Shown one piece after another: positions 25,452-37,707 of a stretch of DNA of 64,000 nt. Under the pieces are notes generated by a model. That model was not told the origin of the DNA, ran no database searches, and worked only from the letters and a program-made list of their open reading frames with translations. A program made the position numbers and the translations under genes. Position 1 is the stretch's first letter. Each line of letters begins with the position of its first letter. The stretch lies in NCBI RefSeq assembly GCF_057098645.1, contig NZ_CM169472.1. One strand, written 5' to 3'.

Positions 25452-27891
25452 CAATGTAAAATTACAGGTATTGCTCAGGGCTGTTGACCAGGCATCCCGC
25501 CCGTTTAAATCCATCCGCACAGCGAGCAAATCGCTGTCGGGGGATATCCGGGAAACACAAAAATCACTGCGCGAGCTGAACGGTCAGGCGTCCCGTATTG
25601 AGGGATTTCGCAAGACCAGTGCACAGCTTGCCGTGACTGGTCATGCACTTGAAAAGGCACGGCAGGAAGCCGAAGCCCTTGCCACACAGTTTAAAAACAC
25701 CGAACGTCCGACCCGTGCTCAGGCGAAAGTGCTGGAATCCGCAAAGCGTGCGGCGGAGGACTTACAGGCGAAATATAACCGCCTGACGGATTCTGTTAAA
25801 CGCCAGCAGCGGGAACTGGCCGCTGTGGGAATTAATACCCGCAATCTTGCACATGATGAGCAGGGACTGAAAAACCGTATCAGTGAAACCACCGCACAGC
25901 TTAACCGGCAGCGTGATGCGCTGGCGCGTGTCAGTGCACAACAGGCAAAACTTAACGCAGTAAAACAGCGTTATCAGGCCGGAAAAGAACTGGCCGGAAA
26001 TATGGCCTCGGTGGGCGCTGCCGGTGTGGGGATTGCGGCGGCGGGAACGATGGCCGGAGTTAAGTTGCTGATGCCCGGTTATGAGTTTGCGCAGAAAAAC
26101 TCAGAATTGCAGGCCGTGCTCGGAGTGGCAAAAGACTCCGCCGAAATGACCGCACTACGCAAACAGGCGCGCCAGCTCGGTGACAACACCGCCGCCTCGG
26201 CGGATGATGCGGCCGGTGCACAGATAATCATCGCGAAAGCGGGTGGGGATGTTGATGCCATTCAGGCGGCAACGCCGGTCACGCTGAATATGGCGCTGGC
26301 GAACCGCCGCACGATGGAAGAAAACGCCGCCCTGCTGATGGGGATGAAATCCGCCTTTCAGCTTTCAAACGATAAGGTCGCTCATATCGGGGATGTTCTC
26401 TCCATGACGATGAACAAAACCGCCGCCGATTTTGACGGCATGAGCGATGCGCTGACCTATGCCGCACCTGTGGCAAAAAATGCCGGTGTCAGCATTGAAG
26501 AAACCGCCGCAATGGTCGGGGCGCTGCATGATGCAAAAATCACAGGCTCAATGGCGGGGACGGGAAGCCGTGCCGTGTTAAGTCGCCTGCAGGCACCGAC
26601 GGGAAAAGCATGGGATGCACTCAAAGAGCTTGGCGTGAAAACCTCAGACAGTAAGGGGAATACCCGACCAGTATTTACCATTCTGAAAGAAATGCAGGCC
26701 ATCTTTGAGAAAAACCGGCTCGGTACTGCCCAGCAGGCTGAATACATGAAAACTATTTTCGGGGAGGAGGCCAGCTCAGCCGCCGCCGTGCTGATGACTG
26801 CCGCCTCAACCGGAAAGCTGGACAAACTGACCGCCACACTGAAAGCCTCAGACGGTAAAACGGAAGAGCTGGTTAAAATCATGCAGGACAACCTCGGCGG
26901 TGACTTTAAGGAGTTTCAGTCCGCTTATGAGGCGGTGGGGACTGACCTGTTTGACCAGCAGGAAGGCACACTGCGTAAGCTCACGCAGACGGCCACAAAG
27001 TATGTGTTAAAACTCGACGGCTGGATCCAGAAAAACAAATCACTGGCGTCAACCATCGGCCTCATTGTCGGTGGCGCACTGGCGCTTACTGGCATCATCG
27101 GTGCAATTGGTCTTGTAGCCTGGCCGGTTATCACCGGCATTAATGCCATCATCGCGGCAGCAGGCGCAATGGGGGCAATCTTCACGACGGTTGGCAGTGC
27201 TGTTATGACCGCCATCGGGGCGATTAGCTGGCCGGTTGTGGCTGTGGTGGCCGCTATTGTCGCCGGGGCGTTGCTTATCCGTAAATACTGGGAGCCTGTC
27301 AGCGCATTCTTTGGCGGTGTGGTGGAAGGGCTGAAAGCGGCATTTGCGCCGGTGGGGGAACTGTTCACGCCACTTAAGCCGGTGTTTGACTGGCTGGGCG
27401 AAAAGTTACAGGCCGCGTGGCAGTGGTTTAAAAACCTGATTGCCCCGGTCAAAGCCACCCAGGACACCCTGAACCGTTGCCGTGACACGGGCGTCATGTT
27501 CGGGCAGGCACTGGCTGACGCGCTGATGCTGCCGCTTAATGCGTTCAACAAACTGCGCAGCGGTATTGACTGGGTACTGGAAAAACTCGGCGTCATCAAC
27601 AAAGAGTCAGGCACGCTTGACCAGACCGCCGCCAGAACTCATGCCGCCACGTATGGCACCGGTGGTTATATTCCGGCGACCAGCTCTTATGCTGGCTATC
27701 AGGCTTATCAGCCAGTTACGGCACCGGCTGGCCGCTCTTATGTGGACCAGAGTAAAAACGAATATCACATCAACCTGACGGGCGGTACTGCGCCGGGGAC
27801 ACAGCTCGACCGCCAGTTACAGGATGCGCTCGAAAAATACGAGCGGGATAAACGTGCGCGCGCCCGTGCCAGCATGATGCATGACGGTTAA
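25444..27891 (+). CDS. T: Tail tape measure protein gpT
   Basis: 815-aa ORF with a hydrophobic Gly/Ala-rich central segment, of the P2 T length. Confidence 0.93.
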   Translation: MSNNVKLQVLLRAVDQASRPFKSIRTASKSLSGDIRETQKSLRELNGQASRIEGFRKTSAQLAVTGHALEKARQEAEALATQFKNTERPTRAQAKVLESAKRAAEDLQAKYNRLTDSVKRQQRELAAVGINTRNLAHDEQGLKNRISETTAQLNRQRDALARVSAQQAKLNAVKQRYQAGKELAGNMASVGAAGVGIAAAGTMAGVKLLMPGYEFAQKNSELQAVLGVAKDSAEMTALRKQARQLGDNTAASADDAAGAQIIIAKAGGDVDAIQAATPVTLNMALANRRTMEENAALLMGMKSAFQLSNDKVAHIGDVLSMTMNKTAADFDGMSDALTYAAPVAKNAGVSIEETAAMVGALHDAKITGSMAGTGSRAVLSRLQAPTGKAWDALKELGVKTSDSKGNTRPVFTILKEMQAIFEKNRLGTAQQAEYMKTIFGEEASSAAAVLMTAASTGKLDKLTATLKASDGKTEELVKIMQDNLGGDFKEFQSAYEAVGTDLFDQQEGTLRKLTQTATKYVLKLDGWIQKNKSLASTIGLIVGGALALTGIIGAIGLVAWPVITGINAIIAAAGAMGAIFTTVGSAVMTAIGAISWPVVAVVAAIVAGALLIRKYWEPVSAFFGGVVEGLKAAFAPVGELFTPLKPVFDWLGEKLQAAWQWFKNLIAPVKATQDTLNRCRDTGVMFGQALADALMLPLNAFNKLRSGIDWVLEKLGVINKESGTLDQTAARTHAATYGTGGYIPATSSYAGYQAYQPVTAPAGRSYVDQSKNEYHINLTGGTAPGTQLDRQLQDALEKYERDKRARARASMMHDG

Positions 27892-27905
27892 GGAGGTGAC
27901 GAAAA

Positions 27906-28385
27906 ATGATGCTCGCGTTAGGTATGTTTGTTTTTATGCGCCAGACGCTGCCACACCAGACCATGCAGCGTGAATCAGATTATCGCTGGCCGTCAAATTC
28001 CCGTATCGGTAAACGGGATGCCTTTCAGTTTCTCGGTGTGGGTGAGGAAAACATTACGCTTGCCGGTGTGCTTTATCCCGAACTGACCGGCGGCAAGCTG
28101 ACGATGACCACGCTCAGGCTGATGGCAGAGGAAGGTCGGGCGTGGCCGTTGCTGGATGGCACCGGCATGATTTACGGCATGTATGTCATCAGCAGGGTGA
28201 GTGAAACAGGGAGTATTTTCTTTGCAGACGGCACACCCCGAAAAATTGATTTTACGCTGTCGCTCACCCGCGTGGATGAATCACTGGCCGCGCTTTATGG
28301 CGATATCGGTAAACAGGCGGAATCGCTCATCGGTAAGGCTGGCAGTATGGCGACTAAATTCACGGGGATGACGGGGGCGGGATAA
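27906..28385 (+). CDS. U: Tail protein gpU
   Basis: 159-aa ORF starting MMLALGMFVFMRQTLPHQT. Confidence 0.9.
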   Translation: MMLALGMFVFMRQTLPHQTMQRESDYRWPSNSRIGKRDAFQFLGVGEENITLAGVLYPELTGGKLTMTTLRLMAEEGRAWPLLDGTGMIYGMYVISRVSETGSIFFADGTPRKIDFTLSLTRVDESLAALYGDIGKQAESLIGKAGSMATKFTGMTGAG

Positions 28386-29548
28386 TGCTGGATGCGCTGA
28401 CATTTGATGCAGGCAGTACGCTGACGCCGGATTACATGCTGATGCTCGACAGCAGGGATATTACCGGCAATATCAGCGACCGTCTGATGAGCATGACCCT
28501 GACGGATAACCGGGGCTTTGAGGCTGACCAGCTTGATATTGAACTGAACGACGCCGACGGGCAGGTAGGGCTGCCGGTTCGTGGCGCTGTCCTGACGGTG
28601 TATATCGGCTGGAAAGGTTTTGCCCTGGTATGCAAAGGGAAATTTACCGTTGATGAGGTTGAACACCGGGGCGCGCCGGATGTGGTCACCATCCGCGCCC
28701 GGAGTGCAGATTTTCGCGGGACGCTCAATTCCCGCCGGGAAGGCTCCTGGCATGACACCACGCTCGGTGCGATTGTTGAGGCGATTGCCTCCCGTAACAG
28801 GCTGGAAGCCAGTGTCGCTCCGTCACTGGCCGGAATTAAAATCCCGCACATCGATCAGTCGCAGGAGTCTGATGCGAAATTCCTGACCCGTCTAGCAGAA
28901 CGCAACGGCGGTGAGGTGTCGGTAAAAATGGGAAAACTGTTGTTTCTCAAAGCGGGGCAGGGGGTGACGGCCAGCGGTAAAAAAATCCCGCAGATTACCA
29001 TCACCCGCAGCGACGGCGACCGTCATCATTTTGCGATTGCTGACCGTGGAGCCTACACCGGCGTAACGGCAAAGTGGTTACACACCAAAGACCCGAAGCC
29101 ACAAAAGCAGAAGGTAAAACTGAAACGCAAAAAGAAAGAGAAACACCTGCGCGCACTGGAGCACCCGAAAGCGAAACCGGTCACGCAGAAGAAAGCGCCA
29201 AAAGTACCGGAAGCGCGCGAAGGTGAATACATGGCCGGTGAGGCTGACAATGTTTTTGCCCTGACCACGGTATATGCCACGAAAGCGCAGGCCATGCGCG
29301 CCGCTCAGGCGAAGTGGGACAAACTGCAACGGGGCGTCGCGGAGTTCTCCATCAGTCTGGCTACCGGTCGGGCAGATATTTACACGGAAACGCCGGTCAA
29401 AGTGTCAGGCTTTAAGCGCGTCATAGACGAGCAGGACTGGACAATCACTAAGGTGACACACTTTCTGAATAATAGCGGCTTCACGACGTCCTTGGAGCTT
29501 GAGGTCAGGCTTTCTGATGTGGAGTACGAAACAGAAGATGATGAGTGA
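28385..29548 (+). CDS. D: Tail/late control protein gpD
   Basis: 387-aa ORF with a Lys-rich insert (KPQKQKVKLKRKKKEKH), in the P2 D position. Confidence 0.9.
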   Translation: MLDALTFDAGSTLTPDYMLMLDSRDITGNISDRLMSMTLTDNRGFEADQLDIELNDADGQVGLPVRGAVLTVYIGWKGFALVCKGKFTVDEVEHRGAPDVVTIRARSADFRGTLNSRREGSWHDTTLGAIVEAIASRNRLEASVAPSLAGIKIPHIDQSQESDAKFLTRLAERNGGEVSVKMGKLLFLKAGQGVTASGKKIPQITITRSDGDRHHFAIADRGAYTGVTAKWLHTKDPKPQKQKVKLKRKKKEKHLRALEHPKAKPVTQKKAPKVPEAREGEYMAGEADNVFALTTVYATKAQAMRAAQAKWDKLQRGVAEFSISLATGRADIYTETPVKVSGFKRVIDEQDWTITKVTHFLNNSGFTTSLELEVRLSDVEYETEDDE

Positions 29549-29629
29549 TGTCTTTTGTTTATCTGTTTGTTTTATAAGGATAAATTAACTAAAATGGCAC
29601 CATCAACAAAACCGGAAGAGGTGCTCGCG

Positions 29630-29848
29630 ATGTTTCATTGTCCTTTATGCCAGCATGCCGCACATGCGCGTACAAGTCGCTATATCACTGACACGACAAA
29701 AGAGCGTTATCACCAGTGCCAGAACGTGAATTGCAGCGCCACGTTCATCACTTATGAGTCGGTACAGCGATACATCGTGAAGCCGGGAGAAGTCCACGCC
29801 GTAAGGCCGCACCCGTTGCCGTCAGGGCAGCAAATTATGTGGATGTAA
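29630..29848 (+). CDS. ogr: Late transcription activator Ogr (zinc finger)
   Basis: The start at MFHCPLCQHAAHARTSRYITDTTKERYHQCQNVNCSATF gives 72 aa, matching P2 Ogr. The upstream extension in the ORF track is rejected. Confidence 0.93.
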   Translation: MFHCPLCQHAAHARTSRYITDTTKERYHQCQNVNCSATFITYESVQRYIVKPGEVHAVRPHPLPSGQQIMWM

Positions 29849-29860
29849 TTACAAACAGAA

Positions 29861-29887
29861 AGCCCCTCAGTCGAGGGGCTTTTTTTG
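29861..29887 (+). terminator. Rho-independent terminator after ogr
   Basis: AGCCCCTC-AGTC-GAGGGGCT hairpin followed by TTTTTTT. Confidence 0.8.
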
Positions 29888-29961
29888 TCGATGTGGTCAA
29901 TGTGTGGACGTGACCAGAAATAAATCCTTTTATTTCATGCAATTAGATATCAAAAAATGTC

Positions 29962-29976
29962 ACCAATAACTGACAT
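29962..29976 (-). other. pflA: Prophage-host junction (attR side): pflA start codon plus four codons (MSVIG), then phage DNA
   Basis: The reverse complement reads GGAGAAACACCGCA ATG TCA GTT ATT GGT and then GAC ATT TTT TGA. K-12 PflA starts MSVIGRIHSFESCG, so homology stops after codon 5. Confidence 0.7.
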
Positions 29977-30099
29977 TGCGGTGTTTCTCCAGATGTGGCC
30001 CATCTGAGGCCGTGTTGGTGCGCAGCTCGAAGGCTACGTCGAGTCTGTTTTGGCAGTCACCTTAAAGTATAGATAGCTGACAAAAAAGGCTCTCGTGCT

Positions 30100-30125
30100 A
30101 AAAAAGGCCCCACTTTCGTGGAGCC
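30100..30125 (-). terminator. pflB rho-independent terminator
   Basis: The minus strand carries a GGCTCCAC-GAAA-GTGGGGCC hairpin followed by TTTTTT, ~45 nt past the pflB stop. Confidence 0.7.
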
Positions 30126-30167
30126 TTTATTGTACGCTTTTTACTGTACGATTTCAGTCAAATCTAA

Positions 30168-32450
<2,283 letters not shown>

Positions 32451-32504
32451 GTAACACCTACCTTCTTAAGTGGATTTTTTATTTACTGCGTACTTCGACA
32501 ACCA

Positions 32505-33362
32505 TTAATGGTGATCGTTTTCACGCAGGTAAATGACCCAGTATGTCAACCCAACCAACAAACCACCGCCGATAATATTACCGATCGTAACCGGAATCAG
32601 GTTATCAGTGATGAAGTTCATCACGGTCAGGTGAGAAAAATTTTCCGGTGCAGAACCGACAGCGGTCCAGAATTCCGGAGATGCGAAGTCGCGGATTACA
32701 ATACCCATCGGGATCATAAACATGTTTGCGATACTGTGCTCAAAACCGCTGGCAACAAACATCGCGACCGGCAGCACCATGATAAACGCTTTGTCCATCA
32801 GGCTGCGGCCAGAATAACTCATCCATACTGCCAGACATACCATCAGGTTTGCCAGGATACCAAGGCAGACGGCCTCAATAAAAGTATGGTGCACTTTGTG
32901 GTCGGCGGTTTGTAGGACGTTTAGTCCCCATTGACCATTTGCGGTCATATACTCGCCGGAAAGCCACATTAAAAGTACAAACAGCAGTGCGCCGACCAGG
33001 TTGCCAAAATAGACATTTAGCCAGTTTTTAGCCAACTGACCCCAGGTGATGCGCCCACTCGCCTTAGCAACAACAATCAACACTGTGGAAGTAAAGAGAT
33101 CGGCTCCGCAGACAACACAAAGAATCAGCCCCAGAGAGAAGCAAATGCCGCCAACCAGTTTTGCCATGCCGAAGGGCATTGTGCCTGTGCCAGTGGTTGC
33201 TGTGATATAGAAGACGAATGCGATTGAGATGAAAACACCGGCGGTAATCGCCAGATAGAAAGTCTTAAGCGGATGTTTCGTTGCTTTATAGACACCCGCC
33301 TCTTCGGCCACTTTGGCCATTGCAGCAGGAAGTAAAAGATCAAAAGGGTTGTCAGCTTTCAC
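32505..33362 (-). CDS. focA: Formate channel FocA
   Basis: The GTG start (VKADNPFDLLLPAAMAKVAEEAG) gives 285 aa as in K-12 FocA. The 398-aa ORF-track version extends into the AT-rich promoter region. Confidence 0.93.
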   Translation of the reverse strand: MKADNPFDLLLPAAMAKVAEEAGVYKATKHPLKTFYLAITAGVFISIAFVFYITATTGTGTMPFGMAKLVGGICFSLGLILCVVCGADLFTSTVLIVVAKASGRITWGQLAKNWLNVYFGNLVGALLFVLLMWLSGEYMTANGQWGLNVLQTADHKVHHTFIEAVCLGILANLMVCLAVWMSYSGRSLMDKAFIMVLPVAMFVASGFEHSIANMFMIPMGIVIRDFASPEFWTAVGSAPENFSHLTVMNFITDNLIPVTIGNIIGGGLLVGLTYWVIYLRENDHH

Positions 33363-33422
33363 ACTAACTCTCTCTTTATTAAGTCGGCGACGAGATACTA
33401 ACAAAGCATTATAGATGAGAAA

Positions 33423-33436
33423 TTGATATAGATCAT
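33423..33436. promoter_or_regulatory. FNR-box-like palindrome in the focA-pflB promoter region
   Basis: TTGATATAGATCAT matches 9/10 of TTGAT-N4-ATCAA, ~67 nt upstream of the focA GTG. The operon is known to be FNR-activated. Confidence 0.45.
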
Positions 33437-33767
33437 ATCTCGCCTGGCTTATAGGCCCGTAACTCGCATGGTTTTTATGCAAATACGGAGTAAATATTTG
33501 ATTATCCAAATAAAAATAAATTTTAAAAATTAACAAATGAGTTGAATTTTTTCCGCATCCTCCGCTAAAACAGTTAATTAAAAGGGAGCACCAGGCGAAT
33601 AAAGTAACAATATCGATCGTATTTATTAAATACAAATTACCGATATTTAACCTTATAATTACAATTATTTTATTAATGCAAATATATGTAAAGCGGGGCA
33701 TTAAAAAAACGCCCCGTAATATAACTCAGACGAATCATTAAGCCTACATTGCGTAGGCTATTTGATT

Positions 33768-35528
33768 TTATTTTGCCCAGAATGCTGCTTTGGCGCGCTG
33801 CAGCTTTTCGTAGGCCTTCAACAGCGACTGATGTGCAGCAAACGCGTGCAGATCGCTATCTACTGGTTGCAAGCCATAAAACGCCGCTTCGCCGCTCATT
33901 GCCGCACTAGCGGCTTCCACGGCATCTGCGCCGTACATGCGAACAAACGCATTCAGATATTGCAGCGGCTGGCGATCTTCTTCCTGCGCCAGTAATAACA
34001 ACGTTTGCAGGCAGCGATAATAGTTGGCGCGTTCCGGGCTGAATGCCGATGAGTTAAACTCCATCGTCCATTCGGTCCAGACCAGAGCCTGTTCCAGATC
34101 GCCACCAGCCAGCGCCAGCATGGCTTTTAATTCACCGATACGCAGGGTGTACCAACCGTTATCCGACCCGGTCGCCAGACCCAACAGCTCACGCACGCGG
34201 GTAAAGTCATCAAAACCTTCTTCATCCAGTTGCTCGATGAGGTTCAGGTAATCTTCTTTTTCCCACTCGCTGCCTGGTAGCGAAAGAATCGTTTCACGTA
34301 AATGGCTGCCCATACTGTTATTCGCGAGCCACAGATCTTCAGCCGGATAAATATCGGACATGCCAGGCACGATAATACGGCAAGCATAAACGCCCAGATG
34401 CTCGTAATCGGCAATATAAACTTCTTTATCTTCTTTGTTGAAGATAGCCATCAGCGTAGCAAACTCTTCTTCCGTGGTGCCGGAGAAATTCCAGTCCACA
34501 AACGGATAATCGGCATCCTGCTTGAACAGGTCCCAGGAGATTAAACCGCTGGAATCGATAAAGTGCGTTTCGAGGTTGGTATGTTCAGCGACTTCTTCAT
34601 CATCGAAGGTTGGCGGAGTAAACACATCCAAATCTTTCAGGCCACGACCTTGCAGCAGCTCGGTCACGGTACGTTCCAGTGCTACGCCAAAATCAGGATG
34701 CGCACCGAAAGAGGCAAAGCAGGTGCCGTTAGCAGGATTAAACAGTACCACGCAAATCACCGGATACTGGCCGCCAAGGGAACCATCATATGCGAAGATC
34801 GGGAAACCTTCTGCTTCCAGTGTTTCGATCGCTTCAACCACCGCTGGGTAACGCGCCAGCACGTCTGCCGGGATTTCCGGCAAGCTGATGCTTTCAGCAA
34901 TAATGCGGTTTTTCACGTAGCGTTCGAAAACTTCGGACAACCCCTGAACGCGTGCTTCGTTGCGGGTATTGCCAGCGGACATACCGTTAGAAACGTACAG
35001 GTTACCAATGATATTCATCGGAATATAAACGGTCTGATTGTCGGACTGGCGCGTAAACGGCAGACCGCAAATACCACGATCTTCGTTACCGGATTGTAGG
35101 TCAATCAGCATACTGCCGGTCAATTCATTCTCCGGATCGTAAAATGCGCGCAGACGGTCATCGAGCAGCCCTTCTGGCACATCGTCATTTTCGGTCAGTG
35201 GGAACCATTTTTCGTTGGGATAATGCACAAATGGACCGTTGGCGATGGTTTCGCCCAGCCAGAAATCAGCAAAAAAGTAGTTGGTTGAGAGACGCTCGAA
35301 ATATTCACCGAGTGCAGAAGCCAGCGCCGCTTTCTTGGTTGCGCCTTTACCGTTGGTAAAACACAGTGCGCACTCTTTGTCGCGAATATGTACAGACCAG
35401 ACGTTAGGCACGGGATTCAGCCAGGAGGCCTCTTCAATCTGAAAGCCGAGGTCTGAAAGTTTTTGCTGGAAGCGAGCGATGGAATCTTCCAGTGCGGCAT
35501 CTTTGCCGGGGATAAATGTTTGCGTCAT
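33768..35528 (-). CDS. ycaO: YcaO (ribosomal protein S12 methylthiotransferase accessory factor; YcaO-domain ATPase)
   Basis: The start at MTQTFIPGKDAALEDSIARFQQKL gives 586 aa as in K-12. Confidence 0.93.
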   Translation of the reverse strand: MTQTFIPGKDAALEDSIARFQQKLSDLGFQIEEASWLNPVPNVWSVHIRDKECALCFTNGKGATKKAALASALGEYFERLSTNYFFADFWLGETIANGPFVHYPNEKWFPLTENDDVPEGLLDDRLRAFYDPENELTGSMLIDLQSGNEDRGICGLPFTRQSDNQTVYIPMNIIGNLYVSNGMSAGNTRNEARVQGLSEVFERYVKNRIIAESISLPEIPADVLARYPAVVEAIETLEAEGFPIFAYDGSLGGQYPVICVVLFNPANGTCFASFGAHPDFGVALERTVTELLQGRGLKDLDVFTPPTFDDEEVAEHTNLETHFIDSSGLISWDLFKQDADYPFVDWNFSGTTEEEFATLMAIFNKEDKEVYIADYEHLGVYACRIIVPGMSDIYPAEDLWLANNSMGSHLRETILSLPGSEWEKEDYLNLIEQLDEEGFDDFTRVRELLGLATGSDNGWYTLRIGELKAMLALAGGDLEQALVWTEWTMEFNSSAFSPERANYYRCLQTLLLLAQEEDRQPLQYLNAFVRMYGADAVEAASAAMSGEAAFYGLQPVDSDLHAFAAHQSLLKAYEKLQRAKAAFWAK

Positions 35529-35657
35529 GAAAATCACTTTAGTCGTACGGAAAGCGCGCAATAATACGGGTTTTATCTCAAAGGCGCTATCACCGCCGCC
35601 ATGCCGATGAACTGTTGACTATGCTTTTAGCGGATAAACCACGTTAAGAGCATAAAA

Positions 35658-36350
35658 ATGAAGGTGTTCGATCTCCACCGTATGGCATTTGATAAAGTGC
35701 CTTTTGATTTCCTTGGCGAAGTTGCACTACGTAGTCTGTATACCTTTGTACTGGTTTTTTTGTTCCTCAAAATGACCGGAAGACGCGGAGTGCGGCAGAT
35801 GTCGCTGTTTGAAGTGTTAATCATTCTGACGCTGGGGTCAGCGGCGGGAGATGTGGCGTTTTATGATGATGTGCCGATGGTCCCGGTACTTATCGTCTTT
35901 ATCACTCTGGCGTTGTTATACCGCCTGGTAATGTGGTTGATGGCACACAGTGAAAAACTGGAAGATCTTCTGGAAGGTAAGCCGGTTGTCATTATTGAAG
36001 ATGGCGAGCTGGCCTGGTCGAAACTCAATAACTCCAACATGACGGAATTTGAGTTCTTTATGGAGCTACGATTGCGCGGTGTAGAGCAGTTGGGGCAAGT
36101 ACGTCTGGCGATTCTCGAAACCAACGGGCAAATCAGTGTCTATTTCTTTGAAGATGACAAGGTGAAACCGGGTTTACTTATTTTACCCAGTGATTGTACT
36201 CAGCGTTACAAAGTGGTGCCGGAGTCGGCGGACTATGCCTGCATCCGTTGTAGTGAAATCATTCATATGAACGCGGGGGAAAAACAATTATGTCCGCGCT
36301 GTGCAAATCCAGAATGGACGAAGGCAAGTCGGGCTAAACGGGTGACCTGA
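35658..36350 (+). CDS. ycaP: Inner-membrane protein YcaP (DUF421 family)
   Basis: 230-aa ORF, in K-12 synteny. Confidence 0.9.
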   Translation: MKVFDLHRMAFDKVPFDFLGEVALRSLYTFVLVFLFLKMTGRRGVRQMSLFEVLIILTLGSAAGDVAFYDDVPMVPVLIVFITLALLYRLVMWLMAHSEKLEDLLEGKPVVIIEDGELAWSKLNNSNMTEFEFFMELRLRGVEQLGQVRLAILETNGQISVYFFEDDKVKPGLLILPSDCTQRYKVVPESADYACIRCSEIIHMNAGEKQLCPRCANPEWTKASRAKRVT

Positions 36351-36548
36351 CAGCAAAAATATCGGTTTTTTGGTAATAATCCGAGAGATTCTGTTGTGTG
36401 ACGCGTGCCGCATTTTTGCCCTCAACGGTTTTACCCATTGCGATGCGTGTCACTGAATGATAAAACCGATAGCCACAGGAATAACATATTACCCGCGGTC
36501 GCAATCGATTGACTGGGGGTTAATGGCAACGCAACGTGGTGAGGGGAA

Positions 36549-37637
36549 ATGGCTCAAATCTTCAATTTTAGTTCTGGTCCGGCAATGCTACCGGCAGAGG
36601 TGCTTAAACAGGCTCAACAGGAACTGCGTGACTGGAACGGTCTTGGTACGTCGGTGATGGAAGTGAGTCACCGTGGCAAAGAGTTCATTCAGGTTGCAGA
36701 GGAAGCCGAGAAGGATTTTCGCGATCTTCTTAATGTCCCCTCCAACTACAAGGTATTATTCTGCCATGGCGGTGGTCGCGGTCAGTTTGCTGCGGTACCG
36801 CTGAATATTCTCGGTGATAAAACCACCGCAGATTATGTTGATGCCGGTTACTGGGCGGCAAGTGCCATTAAAGAAGCGAAAAAATACTGCACGCCTAATG
36901 TCTTTGACGCCAAAGTGACTGTTGATGGTCTGCGCGCGGTTAAGCCAATGCGTGAATGGCAACTCTCTGATAATGCTGCTTATATGCATTACTGCCCGAA
37001 TGAAACCATCGACGGTATCGCCATCGACGAAACGCCAGACTTCGGCAAAGATGTGGTGGTTGCCGCCGACTTCTCTTCAACCATTCTTTCCCGTCCGATT
37101 GACGTCAGCCGTTATGGTGTAATTTACGCTGGCGCGCAGAAAAATATCGGCCCGGCAGGCCTGACAATCGTCATCGTCCGTGAAGATTTGCTGGGCAAAG
37201 CGAATGTCGCGTGTCCGTCGATTCTGGATTATTCCATCCTCAACGATAATGGCTCCATGTTTAACACGCCGCCGACATTTGCCTGGTATCTGTCTGGTCT
37301 GGTCTTTAAATGGCTGAAAGCGAACGGCGGTGTAGCTGAAATGGATAAAATCAATCAGCAAAAAGCAGAACTGCTATATGGGGTGATTGATAACAGCGAT
37401 TTCTACCGCAATGACGTGGCGAAAGCTAACCGTTCGCGGATGAACGTGCCGTTCCAGTTGGCGGACAGTGCGCTTGACAAATTGTTCCTTGAAGAGTCTT
37501 TTGCTGCAGGCCTTCATGCACTGAAAGGTCACCGTGTGGTCGGCGGAATGCGCGCGTCTATTTATAATGCCATGCCGCTGGAAGGCGTTAAAGCGCTGAC
37601 AGACTTCATGGTTGAGTTCGAACGCCGTCACGGTTAA
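36549..37637 (+). CDS. serC: Phosphoserine aminotransferase
   Basis: 362 aa starting [26 protein letters not shown]. Confidence 0.98.
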   Translation: MAQIFNFSSGPAMLPAEVLKQAQQELRDWNGLGTSVMEVSHRGKEFIQVAEEAEKDFRDLLNVPSNYKVLFCHGGGRGQFAAVPLNILGDKTTADYVDAGYWAASAIKEAKKYCTPNVFDAKVTVDGLRAVKPMREWQLSDNAAYMHYCPNETIDGIAIDETPDFGKDVVVAADFSSTILSRPIDVSRYGVIYAGAQKNIGPAGLTIVIVREDLLGKANVACPSILDYSILNDNGSMFNTPPTFAWYLSGLVFKWLKANGGVAEMDKINQQKAELLYGVIDNSDFYRNDVAKANRSRMNVPFQLADSALDKLFLEESFAAGLHALKGHRVVGGMRASIYNAMPLEGVKALTDFMVEFERRHG

Positions 37638-37656
37638 TGCCGAAATTTTGCTTAAT

Positions 37657-37685
37657 CCCCACAGCCAGCCTGTGGGGTTTTTATT
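37657..37685 (+). terminator. Hairpin plus T-run between serC and aroA (partial terminator/attenuator)
   Basis: CCCCACA-GCCAGCC-TGTGGGG followed by TTTTTATTT. serC and aroA are known to be co-transcribed, so termination is presumably leaky. Confidence 0.45.
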
Positions 37686-37707
37686 TCTGTTGTAGAGAGT
37701 TGAGTTC

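Larger units (their letters stand above)
1..29961. mobile_element. P2-like prophage, right ~30 kb (partial; the int/C/cox/B end is outside the window)
   Basis: Complete P2 gene order from A through ogr. The translations match P2 proteins as I remember them. The P2 cos 19-mer is present. Host sequence resumes at the pflA start codon (29962-29976). Confidence 0.93.

Noticed and set aside
29555-29629. Longer 97-aa version of Ogr
   Set aside because: P2 Ogr is 72 aa and starts MFHCPLCQ. The extension covers the ogr promoter/leader region and has no homology.
33498-33510. Second FNR-like sequence TTGATTATCCAAA upstream of focA
   Set aside because: Only one half-site matches TTGAT-N4-ATCAA, and the right half (CCAAA) is poor. 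It is not strong enough to call.
33363-33701. N-terminal extension of the focA ORF to 398 aa
   Set aside because: The extension runs through the AT-rich multi-promoter region and translates to Ile/Asn/Tyr-rich nonsense. K-12 FocA starts at the GTG giving VKADNPFD (285 aa).
36439-36454. CRP-like site TGCGATGCGTGTCACT upstream of serC
   Set aside because: It matches 8/10 of TGTGA-N6-TCACA, and serC is reported to be CRP-regulated. I cannot position it relative to a promoter from sequence alone, so I left it out of the features.
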